The notes under the pieces were generated by a model that saw only the letters and a program-made list of their open reading frames with translations, was not told the origin of the DNA and ran no database searches. 48,586 nucleotides of DNA. Origin: a virus. Location: the IMG/VR virus record IMGVR_UViG_3300029915_000040; one strand, written 5' to 3'. The translations under genes were made by a program, and so were the position numbers. Numbering within the stretch: position 1 is the first letter of the stretch; each line of letters begins with the position of its first letter. Below, piece after piece: positions 16,473 to 24,232 of the stretch.

Positions 16473-17882
16473 TCACATCACCTGGATTGAACGAGCCGCG
16501 CCGGGGAACTTCTCTTCCACCGAAACCGCATCGAATGCTTGCCGCACGGCGGGCTTGGAAGCCTGCTGTGCGAGATTGAACAGCGCCCGAAGAGCCGGAA
16601 CGCCAGTGACGCCTTCCCGGTCAACCTTCATCTGGTCGAGCGCAAAGCCGTAAATTTCATCGGCTGAGTCCTGGGCCAGAACATCGCCCACCACAGGCCG
16701 CACAGCCCGACGCGCTTCATCGGCGGCGCGAAGATCAGCCTTGAATTCGTCCATCGCGTGCTTCATGCCATCCTCAGCTTTCTTCTTTTCCGCTTCTTCG
16801 GAATCCTTGGCGGAGCAGTCCTTGGCCTTTTTGTCTTTGGCCCGCTTCTCCAGCCGTTCCTTGCGCTCTTCCTCGGACTCCTCTTCGGAATCATCGGCGC
16901 GGCGCTTTTCACGCTCATAGCGGGCTTTCTTCTCTTCGAGAGACTCTTCTTCGCCGTCCTTCCCCTTATGGTCGGACTCGCCTTCCTCTTCCTTGGCCCA
17001 TTCCTCGAAGGAAAGGTCTTTGGCGGTCTTGCCGTCTTTGGCCTTCTTGTCCTTGGCTTCCTTTTCCTTCTTCTCGCGTTCCTTCTTTTCCTCTTCGGAC
17101 TCTTCCTCCGATTCGGCATCCTTCGCGGCCTGCATCGCGGCCAGTGTTTCAGGCTTGCGCAGTTCCGCGTCCATGGCCAGCAGCTTCGGCTCAAGAGACG
17201 CAATATCGCACTTCTTGCGCGTCAGACCGATCACCAGAGGCTTGAGGGCCGCATCTTGAGCCAGCTTCGGAGATGCAGCGCAGAGAATTGCGTAAAGTGC
17301 TTTGCCAAACTTCGTTTCTGTCATTTTCGTCTCCAGTTTGCTGTCTGCCGCCTTCACATCTGATCCGGCGCGTCCTGCTTTGACCAGGGCAACGTGATTA
17401 CCCTGAATGTCCCTCATTACACCGTCGTACCGCTGCCCCTCGTACATCCCAGGCGTCATGTCTGCCCGGTAGCTGTAGGAGGATGAGAGTTCTTGAACTG
17501 TTTCGGTTTCCACCCCGGCGATTGCTTCCGCGTCCCAGATGCACATATCCGCCATCAGATATGGCGCTTCGAAGTCCACATTTGATCCGATTGTCCCGGC
17601 GATGTACTCCTGCTTCGGATCGTCCGCATTCACGGCGATGTGCTTGAACATCAACTGCTTGTTTTTGAAGGATGAAGCAGACTTTGCCAACTCGCCTGGG
17701 TCGCGCAGCAGGTAATACACCCGCTCCAGGTCCAGTCCCAACTCTTCCGATTTGGGGATTTCGCGCCCGTAATATGGGTTTACTGTCGCCTTGGAGATAG
17801 GCGTGCGGTCGATATGCAGCATCTTGTCGCTGTCGTATCGCCGGTTCTTCAGGGCTGCGTCGCAAGCGATCTCCGTAGGCAT
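16473..17882 (-). CDS. DUF2213-like head scaffold/protease-like protein with a long Lys/Glu-rich region
   Basis: 469-aa ORF with a conserved N-terminal domain (YYGREIP...LMADMCIWD...HVALV) and a central EEESEEEKKEREKKEKEAKDKKAKD low-complexity stretch. Confidence 0.6.
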   Translation of the reverse strand: MPTEIACDAALKNRRYDSDKMLHIDRTPISKATVNPYYGREIPKSEELGLDLERVYYLLRDPGELAKSASSFKNKQLMFKHIAVNADDPKQEYIAGTIGSNVDFEAPYLMADMCIWDAEAIAGVETETVQELSSSYSYRADMTPGMYEGQRYDGVMRDIQGNHVALVKAGRAGSDVKAADSKLETKMTETKFGKALYAILCAASPKLAQDAALKPLVIGLTRKKCDIASLEPKLLAMDAELRKPETLAAMQAAKDAESEEESEEEKKEREKKEKEAKDKKAKDGKTAKDLSFEEWAKEEEGESDHKGKDGEEESLEEKKARYEREKRRADDSEEESEEERKERLEKRAKDKKAKDCSAKDSEEAEKKKAEDGMKHAMDEFKADLRAADEARRAVRPVVGDVLAQDSADEIYGFALDQMKVDREGVTGVPALRALFNLAQQASKPAVRQAFDAVSVEEKFPGAARSIQVM

Positions 17883-18037
17883 CTTGTTTCATAGCCTTTC
17901 ACTACGGATTAGCCAGCGCAAGTCAACGGTTGAAAATGAACGGCAATACTATATATTTATATCTATGGGAAGACCACGGAATGAAAAATGTTCACGCGGG
18001 CATCGACTGAAGTCTGGAAAGACAAGACGGCGCTGCC

Positions 18038-18862
18038 CTATTTGCGAGGCTGCGCGGCTTCGGGTTTTTCGGCAATCGTCCACGGTAACACAGACCGGCC
18101 TTGGCACCGGCACCCAATCAATTCACCCGGAAGAATCCACTTCTTAACTGCCGAGTCGTACATCCCCTTGGCAATCTCGTACCGCTTGCCGTTCATTGCG
18201 ACGTGCGTAGGGCGGGGCGTCTTTCCTGCGTGGGAATGAAGCCAGATTCCCTCTTTAATCCCCAGCTCAGTCTGGCGAGTCCGCTGCACCACTGCATTCG
18301 CTTTGTTGCTCTGGTCCCTTGCGATCAGCCATGCCCGGTTGGATGCCACCTTGTAGCGCCCGCGAATCTCCTCAGCCATCGCCCGCACGTTGCGCCCTGA
18401 CGTGTAGTTGCGCATCACGATGCCCTCAACCTCTTGCAGGTATTGCGCGGGAATCGAGCGAATCAGGCCCACATTTTCAGCCAGAGAAGCCTCGAACGCC
18501 TCACGCATGGCCGGGGTGAGCGTGAACTCAATCGACCAGCCCGCATCACGTAGGGCTTGCCGCATGGCGTTATCTGTACCTTGGAACTGGTTCTTGAGAA
18601 ACGAATCGGCCACCGTGGTAGCCATCTCATCGAACTTCTTCTGCCAGCGTTCCCACAGTTCACGCAGTTCTTCGAGAATCTCCTCCACCGGGGAAGCATC
18701 CACCGCCATCGCAGGAGGATCGCTCTTGCGCCTTGCCGTAACCCAATACTCGACGCTGTGCGCCATCTCCGCGACGAGCTTCAGTATCCGCCGATGATAA
18801 CGGTTTCGAGTGCCGATGTTCGGCCAGATCGCACGGATTACTGTTGGCTTTTTGGGGAGCAT
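18038..18862 (-). CDS. Minor head protein (Phage Mu F / SPP1 gp7 family)
   Basis: 274-aa ORF with a C-terminal motif (HAGKTPRPTHVAMNGKRY...GELIGCRCQ). Confidence 0.7.
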   Translation of the reverse strand: MLPKKPTVIRAIWPNIGTRNRYHRRILKLVAEMAHSVEYWVTARRKSDPPAMAVDASPVEEILEELRELWERWQKKFDEMATTVADSFLKNQFQGTDNAMRQALRDAGWSIEFTLTPAMREAFEASLAENVGLIRSIPAQYLQEVEGIVMRNYTSGRNVRAMAEEIRGRYKVASNRAWLIARDQSNKANAVVQRTRQTELGIKEGIWLHSHAGKTPRPTHVAMNGKRYEIAKGMYDSAVKKWILPGELIGCRCQGRSVLPWTIAEKPEAAQPRK

Positions 18863-18984
18863 TTGGGTTCCGATTGATAGAGCGGTGGAATTCCGAGATG
18901 GTGATGCGTGGTCTTCACCAGAAGATGAATGTCCACCAGTTCAAGTTTGGTCAATTGCCGTGGAACCGGGTATCCGTTGCTCAT
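18838..18984 (-). CDS. Small ORF (48 aa) filling the portal to Mu-F gap
   Basis: Hand-translated as MSNGYPVPRQLTKLELVDIHLLVKTTHHHLGIPPLYQSEPKCSPKSQQ. ATGA overlap with the portal stop; it ends inside the Mu-F start region. It is below the track cutoff. Confidence 0.3.
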   Translation of the reverse strand: MSNGYPVPRQLTKLELVDIHLLVKTTHHHLGIPPLYQSEPKCSPKSQQ

Positions 18985-20465
18985 TCTTTTCCATCCTCTA
19001 ACTGCTTTGGTTCTTCTTCCGCAGGCGATTCAATTACCTTGTCTATGTCAAGGCCGGTGTATCCCGACTCCGGATCACGCGCCAGCTTCTCGCGCTCTTC
19101 CTGTGGGTCGATCACGCCTCTATCAATCAGGTTTCCAGCCCGCGTGCTGTCGTTCATGCGGATGGTCGAAAGCTGCTCTTCCGTCATCTGATAGAGCGGA
19201 TTGAACGTAATACCGATTTCGGGATCGATTGATCCGTACAACGATAGCTGGACGATCTTCAGAATCGTTTCGATGGGGTTGCGGGCATGGGCCTCTTGGT
19301 TCGCTCGAATCCAGTCCCTCCACGCGCCCATCTCGCCCTCGGCCACATTGCCGAATCCAGATGGGGATACGCCGGTCATAATCACGGACGGCTCCCTGCT
19401 GGCGGTACACATCTGCTCCTGAGCCTGTGCCTGAAGCTCATGCAGGCCACCCAGGGGAACGGCAAGCTGCTCCAGTTCCTCGCGGTCCTTGTCTAGCACC
19501 ATGACGCCCTTATTGCTGCGCGTAGCCGTAAACAGCTTGATACGGGCGAACAGGCCAGTACCGTCATCGCCTCCCGTAAGCACCTGGTCCATGGCCGTCT
19601 TGAGGCTAAGGATTGAAAAGTTGTTGATGAGGTCTGAAACGCTCTGCCTGGTGCGCAGCCAGTTGTTAACATACGGCTCGACAAGCTGCGAGAGGCTGAT
19701 ACCGCTGAAATTGAACGCTGGCTTGAAGATGTCAGGCACAGGCCGCGTGACAATCCGAAGCATCCTGGTGGCGTCCCAACGCTGGCCCATGACCCACCAG
19801 CCGGACGGGTTATAGAAGTCCTTGCGCGACGGGTCCAGCGCGTTGTACATGAGGGGCGTAGTCCAGATCGGCTCGACGTTCTTGAATCCGTTCAAGCTGT
19901 CTTTCTTGATGGTCTTTGGGCTGATAGATAGCGGTACTTGTATATCCGCGCCATTGATATTGATGAGGATTTGCCCTGTTCCGTAGAAAGCATCGTCCTC
20001 GATAGCCTTGCGGATTAGCGCCTGAATATCCAGTTCGCGGAACGCCTGCTCCAGTTCGGTGATCTTGTCTTTGGTCGCTTCGCCTGCTGTCTCGCTGCTG
20101 GTGAACTCGATCCACTCCCGCGTCATCTCATTTGCCAGCGCCGCCGCCATGTTGCGGTATTCGACTCGCAGAGCCAACAGCGCTAGGTACGGATAGCCGG
20201 GGAAGCCCTCGACATTGCTGTAGGCGTAGAGTTGAGAGCCAAACTCGGCCCCGGGCATGGCATCCATTGCCAGCTTCACATCGCTCTGGACCTGTGCCTT
20301 TACGCCGGCCGGCACCACGCCAGGCAGGATGTCAGGAGGCCTAATCGGGAACTGTGGGCGGGGTACTTCCTCCATCGCCTTGTAGAGAGCCGCGCGGATA
20401 CCGGCACTCGTTGGAATCGCTTTCGCTGGACGCCCTGCGTTTTCTCGTTTTCCACCGCTCGGCAT
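18981..20465 (-). CDS. Portal protein (DUF1073-type)
   Basis: Trimmed to the ATG at 20465 (MPSGGKRENAGRP...), preceded by AAGGAAA. It lies downstream of terL. A TTG at 20498 is an alternative start. Confidence 0.7.
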   Translation of the reverse strand: MPSGGKRENAGRPAKAIPTSAGIRAALYKAMEEVPRPQFPIRPPDILPGVVPAGVKAQVQSDVKLAMDAMPGAEFGSQLYAYSNVEGFPGYPYLALLALRVEYRNMAAALANEMTREWIEFTSSETAGEATKDKITELEQAFRELDIQALIRKAIEDDAFYGTGQILININGADIQVPLSISPKTIKKDSLNGFKNVEPIWTTPLMYNALDPSRKDFYNPSGWWVMGQRWDATRMLRIVTRPVPDIFKPAFNFSGISLSQLVEPYVNNWLRTRQSVSDLINNFSILSLKTAMDQVLTGGDDGTGLFARIKLFTATRSNKGVMVLDKDREELEQLAVPLGGLHELQAQAQEQMCTASREPSVIMTGVSPSGFGNVAEGEMGAWRDWIRANQEAHARNPIETILKIVQLSLYGSIDPEIGITFNPLYQMTEEQLSTIRMNDSTRAGNLIDRGVIDPQEEREKLARDPESGYTGLDIDKVIESPAEEEPKQLEDGKE

Positions 20466-20494
20466 TTTGATTTCCTTTGATTTCCTGCAACTAT

Positions 20495-20731
20495 TCAAAC
20501 TACCACATTGTACCGAGTATGTACCAGTTCCCGCATCTCCTCCCGCGTAAAGTAGCCGTCTGCGAAAAAATCTCCCATCTTTGTCCAGCCGTTGCGGTAG
20601 TCAAACTGTGATGCACCGCGCCAAGAGGGGAAGCTGCTGCGCAGGCCGTCCCGCAGCGCAAGTTGGCTCTTTGTGTACATGATCGGTTTGGCCTCGGCAA
20701 TTATTTCCTCTTCAGACCTGCGCTTTCTCAT
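20495..20731 (-). CDS. Hypothetical protein (78 aa)
   Basis: Its ATG directly follows the terL stop (TAAATG). The sequence is protein-like. Confidence 0.5.
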   Translation of the reverse strand: MRKRRSEEEIIAEAKPIMYTKSQLALRDGLRSSFPSWRGASQFDYRNGWTKMGDFFADGYFTREEMRELVHTRYNVVV

Positions 20732-23128
20732 TTACCCCCTCATTGCCATCTTCAGTACCGCGTCAGAAATATTGAGCCGGGACGTAGTGGGTGCTGCAAA
20801 AGCCATCACGAACGCATCAGCGCAATTTTTTACCAGCACTCCGTTTGCATAGTAAGCGTTATGTCGATCGAGTGTCAGGTTGTATACGGTTGCGATTATG
20901 CGCGATTGCAGAGCATTTCCTGGAGCAGAATGCGTGAATATTCCCTCTTCTCGGTTTTGGATGTCTAAACATGGTTCCACAGTTCCTGCACTCCGACTCG
21001 CAAGCGATTTTTGCTTTTGAGCTTTGGATAGCGGTTCCGCATGTGCGAGAGCAGGTCTTCGATCCTCTTGGATTTCGAGAAAGAAATGATTTTCCGCACA
21101 CGATGCACACATACTCCGTATATGGCAGACCGACTGCGACACTTCTCCCGTGTTGGCTATGCCATTCGCGTCCTTTTTCGCTGGCGTGCCAAGCCTTTGC
21201 GGCCTCTTTCGCCAACTCAAGAGATTTAGAATTTTGAACGCGATATTCTTCCGACTTGAATCGCTCCCGCATGTGCATACGGGCGTGCTCAGAAAATGGG
21301 ATGCACTCAAGGTTTTCAATCTCGTTATTGCGCCAATTGCCGTCGATGTGATGGATTGTATGGCCGTCAGGAATCTTGCCGTAATGGTCAGACCATACCC
21401 GCCGGTGTAAAAGTCGCTCATCGCCAGCGTACTTCCCGCCGTGCCTGCCTGAGCAATAGTATCGACCCGTGTTGAGAACTGCGAACACTTCGCCGCGATA
21501 AACAACTCGTTCATTATCTGCCACGTGTGCCTCCATTTATGATACGACTCTAGTATATCACATGATGAAAGCATCCGCAGTTCGCACCATCCGCGATTCC
21601 AAGTGAAAATCTTATGTGTCGGTGTCCCTGTTAGTCCGAAAGCCGAAATTACCTCCGCTTGATTTACGTGACGAACTATGATCCTAGCTGCACCCATTGG
21701 CGTAATCACTTCATCGCCTACAGATAGATTTTCGATTGGGACTGACCCGCGTGGAGTTTCAACAACGGTTCCCGCAACGAAGCAATTTGGGCTGGGCACT
21801 GGTCCACCAGGCCGCGTGCTCTTCGCCAGGTCCTCTTTGCTCTCCACCTTGACGCGCCCATTGCGGTCAAAGTCCCGCTTTGGGGTGGAAAGCTCTGTCT
21901 CCAGCTTCTCCAGATGCGGCATATCGCTTGAAATCGAGATAAGTTCATCGTCCTTGAACTTCTCACCCCGGTTGATTGCGTTGTACGTGTTGCGGAAGCG
22001 GTCGGCGATATTCCACCACGTTTGGGCCTTGAGATTGGCGAAGAAGTCCTTGTTTTTGATCTTGTCCTGCCGGTCGCTCACGTAGTACTCCTCGGGCCGC
22101 TCGACTGCCGCGCCCGCATTGAACTTGGCGTAGTTGATTCGCAGATGCTTGTCCCGCACCTGGTTCAACTCGTCAAACTTCGCACCCGCGCTTGCCCCCA
22201 CCCCGATGCAGTCGTAGCGTATCTCTGCCGCCCTCTCAGAGGCATTCAGGAACGTCCGAGAGCAGGACTTGAGCAGTTCATCTTCCTTCGCCCGCCACTC
22301 CTCGCACCAGAGTGCCACACTGCCATGGGCATAGACATTCGCGCAAGCATCCTCACCGTCGTCTGCCACATCAAAGCCGATGATCCTCCGTCCAGCAGCC
22401 TCAAAGCCAAGTTTTAGATGCGCATCGATAGCGGCCTCAATCCAACTGCGCTTGATGACCGCGCCCTCTGTATCCTCTTTGGGGTTGCCCAGGTAGATGT
22501 GCTGGTAATCCTCCTCGGACTCAGCTTTGCACGCAGCGATGACTTCAAGCATAGTCTTTGAAAGAAAAGGGTTCTCTGGATAGTTGATTTTTCTAACCAG
22601 TGTTCTTGGCGGTGGATTTAACACGAACTTTTGATAGACAAAATCCGTTGCATACCGGGGATTGAAAACAATAAATATACGCGATCCTTCTTCGCGGATG
22701 GTTGGTTCCAGAATCTCCCATTGATCCTTTGTTAAGTCTTCCGCCTCTTCAACCCAAAGTATGTCTATTCCCGATATGCCCTTTATTTCCTTCAAATTCC
22801 GCTGAATACCGAGAAAACTAAAGTATGAGCCAGTCGTTTTATGCTCAATGGTGTTCTCGGTGATATTGAATTCATCTTGGATGCCAGCGCGGTAAATGCA
22901 CTCCTCTATGACGGTTTTGACAGAATCGGTGATTCTATTCTGAAACTGCCTCACGCAGAGAAAACGAACCTTAAACTGAGAGCTTAGGAACACGCAGAAA
23001 GCGGCAGTATGATAGGTTTTGGATGATCCGCGACCGCCATACAAAACATGGTTTCTAATGCCTGGAGTCTCGTAAAATCCCCTTAGATTTGGATTAAGCA
23101 GACTCATAACGGCTCCAGGTATATCCAT
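20732..23128 (-). CDS. terL: Terminase large subunit (PBSX/Terminase_3-like) interrupted by a 320-aa intein
   Basis: Walker A motif YGGRGSSKT, Walker B-like motif ILWVEEAE, nuclease-domain motif GFDVADDG. After splicing the predicted junction reads SPN-CADAFVMAF. Confidence 0.85.
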   Translation of the reverse strand: MDIPGAVMSLLNPNLRGFYETPGIRNHVLYGGRGSSKTYHTAAFCVFLSSQFKVRFLCVRQFQNRITDSVKTVIEECIYRAGIQDEFNITENTIEHKTTGSYFSFLGIQRNLKEIKGISGIDILWVEEAEDLTKDQWEILEPTIREEGSRIFIVFNPRYATDFVYQKFVLNPPPRTLVRKINYPENPFLSKTMLEVIAACKAESEEDYQHIYLGNPKEDTEGAVIKRSWIEAAIDAHLKLGFEAAGRRIIGFDVADDGEDACANVYAHGSVALWCEEWRAKEDELLKSCSRTFLNASERAAEIRYDCIGVGASAGAKFDELNQVRDKHLRINYAKFNAGAAVERPEEYYVSDRQDKIKNKDFFANLKAQTWWNIADRFRNTYNAINRGEKFKDDELISISSDMPHLEKLETELSTPKRDFDRNGRVKVESKEDLAKSTRPGGPVPSPNCFVAGTVVETPRGSVPIENLSVGDEVITPMGAARIIVRHVNQAEVISAFGLTGTPTHKIFTWNRGWCELRMLSSCDILESYHKWRHTWQIMNELFIAAKCSQFSTRVDTIAQAGTAGSTLAMSDFYTGGYGLTITARFLTAIQSITSTAIGAITRLKTLSASHFLSTPVCTCGSDSSRKNIAFKILNLLSWRKRPQRLGTPAKKDANGIANTGEVSQSVCHIRSMCASCAENHFFLEIQEDRRPALAHAEPLSKAQKQKSLASRSAGTVEPCLDIQNREEGIFTHSAPGNALQSRIIATVYNLTLDRHNAYYANGVLVKNCADAFVMAFAAPTTSRLNISDAVLKMAMRG
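20825..21784 (-). mobile_element. Intein (Hint domain) within terL
   Basis: Starts CFVAGTVVETPRGSVPIENLSVGDEV immediately after SPN. Block B is LTGTPTHKIF. It ends VYNLTLDRHNAYYANGVLVKN, followed by a +1 Cys. Confidence 0.8.
20859..21536 (-). CDS. HNH homing endonuclease, encoded inside the intein in a different reading frame
   Basis: 225-aa ORF with its own ATG. HNH motif: HRRVWSDHYGKIPDGHTIHHIDGNWRNNEIENLECIPFSEHARMH. The C-terminus has repeated CxxC...FCSxxC zinc-finger-like units. The start coordinate is 2 mod 3, against 1 mod 3 for terL. Confidence 0.8.
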   Translation of the reverse strand: MEAHVADNERVVYRGEVFAVLNTGRYYCSGRHGGKYAGDERLLHRRVWSDHYGKIPDGHTIHHIDGNWRNNEIENLECIPFSEHARMHMRERFKSEEYRVQNSKSLELAKEAAKAWHASEKGREWHSQHGRSVAVGLPYTEYVCIVCGKSFLSRNPRGSKTCSRTCGTAIQSSKAKIACESECRNCGTMFRHPKPRRGNIHAFCSRKCSAIAHNRNRIQPDTRST

Positions 23129-23870
23129 ATGATTTCTGATGTTTTCCCACTAGCGCCATCCATACGCCGGTCCTTGTTGCCTTGGGGTACCCGTTTACAT
23201 TAAGCCATTTTGCAGCCTCGGTTATGGAAGCGAATTCGCTTCCCGTCTCGGCACAAACAACCCTGCATTTTGGCTGCGCCTCTGACATATTTATCCGAGC
23301 CTGGCCTGAACGTTTCTTACCTCTGTGCCATGAAGCTGTCTTTTCAATTGCAATGGAATCTTTGTGCAATCCGATATGTGATATGCGCATCTTTTGACGC
23401 GTCTCTAGGGTGTGATTTTGACCCATCTTTCTCGCGGATACCGCTGCACAGAATTCTTTAGACCGCTTTTGGCCACGCAACAAGGCTGTTCTTTTTTCGA
23501 TGACCTCAGCGGACTGCTTTCTTTGGAAATGGGCTTTATGTAGTCTTTCTTTCGTCTCTTCTGTGTGTCTATAGCCGGATATACCCTCCCCCCCAGACGT
23601 AAAGTTGCATAACGGGGATAGACGGGAGATCGTCTCAACTTCGATCTTAAAGGCATCCTCTTCTGTTAAATTATCAGCTATTTTCTCTGGTACAAACCCA
23701 TGCTTCTTGGATATGCGACTCCACAAAGAGTTGCGTCCCGTGGAGCAATTCATCCTTTTCCCTCTCCCTTTTCCGACATAGAATATTTCCCCTGTGTCGG
23801 CCCGACGATGGACGTACACATAAAAATCTGTAGGCAGGAGTGGAGTGAGGATAGGGGTAGCTGTACTCAT
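23094..23870 (-). CDS. Free-standing GIY-YIG homing endonuclease (NUMOD3-like repeats plus a C-terminal DNA-binding module)
   Basis: Motifs FYVYVHRRADTGEIFYVGKGRGKR...E, HTEETKERL and HTLETRQKM. C-terminal sequence FASITEAAKWL...YGYTW. It overlaps the terL start by 35 nt. Confidence 0.8.
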   Translation of the reverse strand: MSTATPILTPLLPTDFYVYVHRRADTGEIFYVGKGRGKRMNCSTGRNSLWSRISKKHGFVPEKIADNLTEEDAFKIEVETISRLSPLCNFTSGGEGISGYRHTEETKERLHKAHFQRKQSAEVIEKRTALLRGQKRSKEFCAAVSARKMGQNHTLETRQKMRISHIGLHKDSIAIEKTASWHRGKKRSGQARINMSEAQPKCRVVCAETGSEFASITEAAKWLNVNGYPKATRTGVWMALVGKHQKSYGYTWSRYESA

Positions 23871-24220
23871 TTCGCCTTACACCCCTTGAAATGATTGCCA
23901 TTGAGTGCGCCGCAATTTGGGCAACACGTTGATTTGGGTCGCGCAGTGGGAGCATTATTTGGCTCCTTCGCACCATCGTCTATGGCCGAAAGACACTGCG
24001 CAACTTTGGATCGGGGGCCTGGACTCGAACCAGAGACCTGCGGATTAGGTAGAGGGTTTCGAAGTCCCTCCGTTTTCCGCTGCTCTACCACTGAGCTACC
24101 CCCGCTGAGCCGCATGATAATCACTCGCGCTCGGCTTCGCTGCTCACGCTTTGCTTGCGCTTCTATTTCCGCAAGTAAAGGATTCGGAATCCTTAGCGAT
24201 ATGAGAGATGTATCACACAT
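23867..24220 (-). CDS. 117-codon ORF reading through the tRNA-like element (RHH-like N-terminus, Cys-motif C-terminus); coding status uncertain
   Basis: The N-terminus (LISLRIPNPLLAEIEAQAKREQRSRARVIIMRL) resembles a ribbon-helix-helix. The middle (GSSVVEQRKTEGL...) is simply the tRNA-like sequence translated. The stop overlaps the GIY-YIG ATG (ATGA). Confidence 0.3.
   Translation of the reverse strand: MCDTSLISLRIPNPLLAEIEAQAKREQRSRARVIIMRLSGGSSVVEQRKTEGLRNPLPNPQVSGSSPGPRSKVAQCLSAIDDGAKEPNNAPTARPKSTCCPNCGALNGNHFKGCKAK
24006..24104 (-). tRNA. tRNA-like gene with a 31-nt insert-bearing anticodon loop (nested hairpin presenting CUUCGAA, UCG/Arg-like); encoded CCA
   Basis: Minus-strand layout: GCGGGGG TA GCTC AGTGGTA GAGC A GCGGA [31 nt] TCCGC AGGTC TCTGG TTCGAGT CCAGG CCCCCGA T CCA. 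The D and T arms are canonical; positions 1:72 form a G-A mismatch. Confidence 0.55.
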
Positions 24221-24232
24221 GAATACATTGTA

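Noticed and set aside
16758-17363. Long overlapping ORFs (16758..17363 plus, 16763..17203 minus, 16993..17259 plus) inside the scaffold-like gene
   Set aside because: They arise from the GAA/AAG-rich low-complexity Lys/Glu region, which is stop-poor in several frames. Their products are homopolymer-like (F/L-rich or R/K/P-rich) and show no coupling signals.
17398-17892. 164-aa minus-strand ORF overlapping the start of the DUF2213-like gene
   Set aside because: It is an alternative frame of a well-supported gene, with an Arg/Gly-rich junk-like product.
17883-18037. AT-rich 155-bp gap (aatactatatatttatatctatggg) between the Mu-F-like and scaffold-like genes as an internal promoter or terminator
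   Set aside because: Only weak hexamers are present (TTGACT-16-TAGTGA on the late strand), and there is no clear hairpin with a U-run. I noted it as an untranslated gap, but there is not enough evidence to annotate a signal.
24006-24104. The tRNA-like element as an attP core for integration into a host tRNA gene
   Set aside because: attP sites usually carry only the 3-prime part of a tRNA gene. Here both halves are present with an encoded CCA, and I could not recognise an integrase in the genome.
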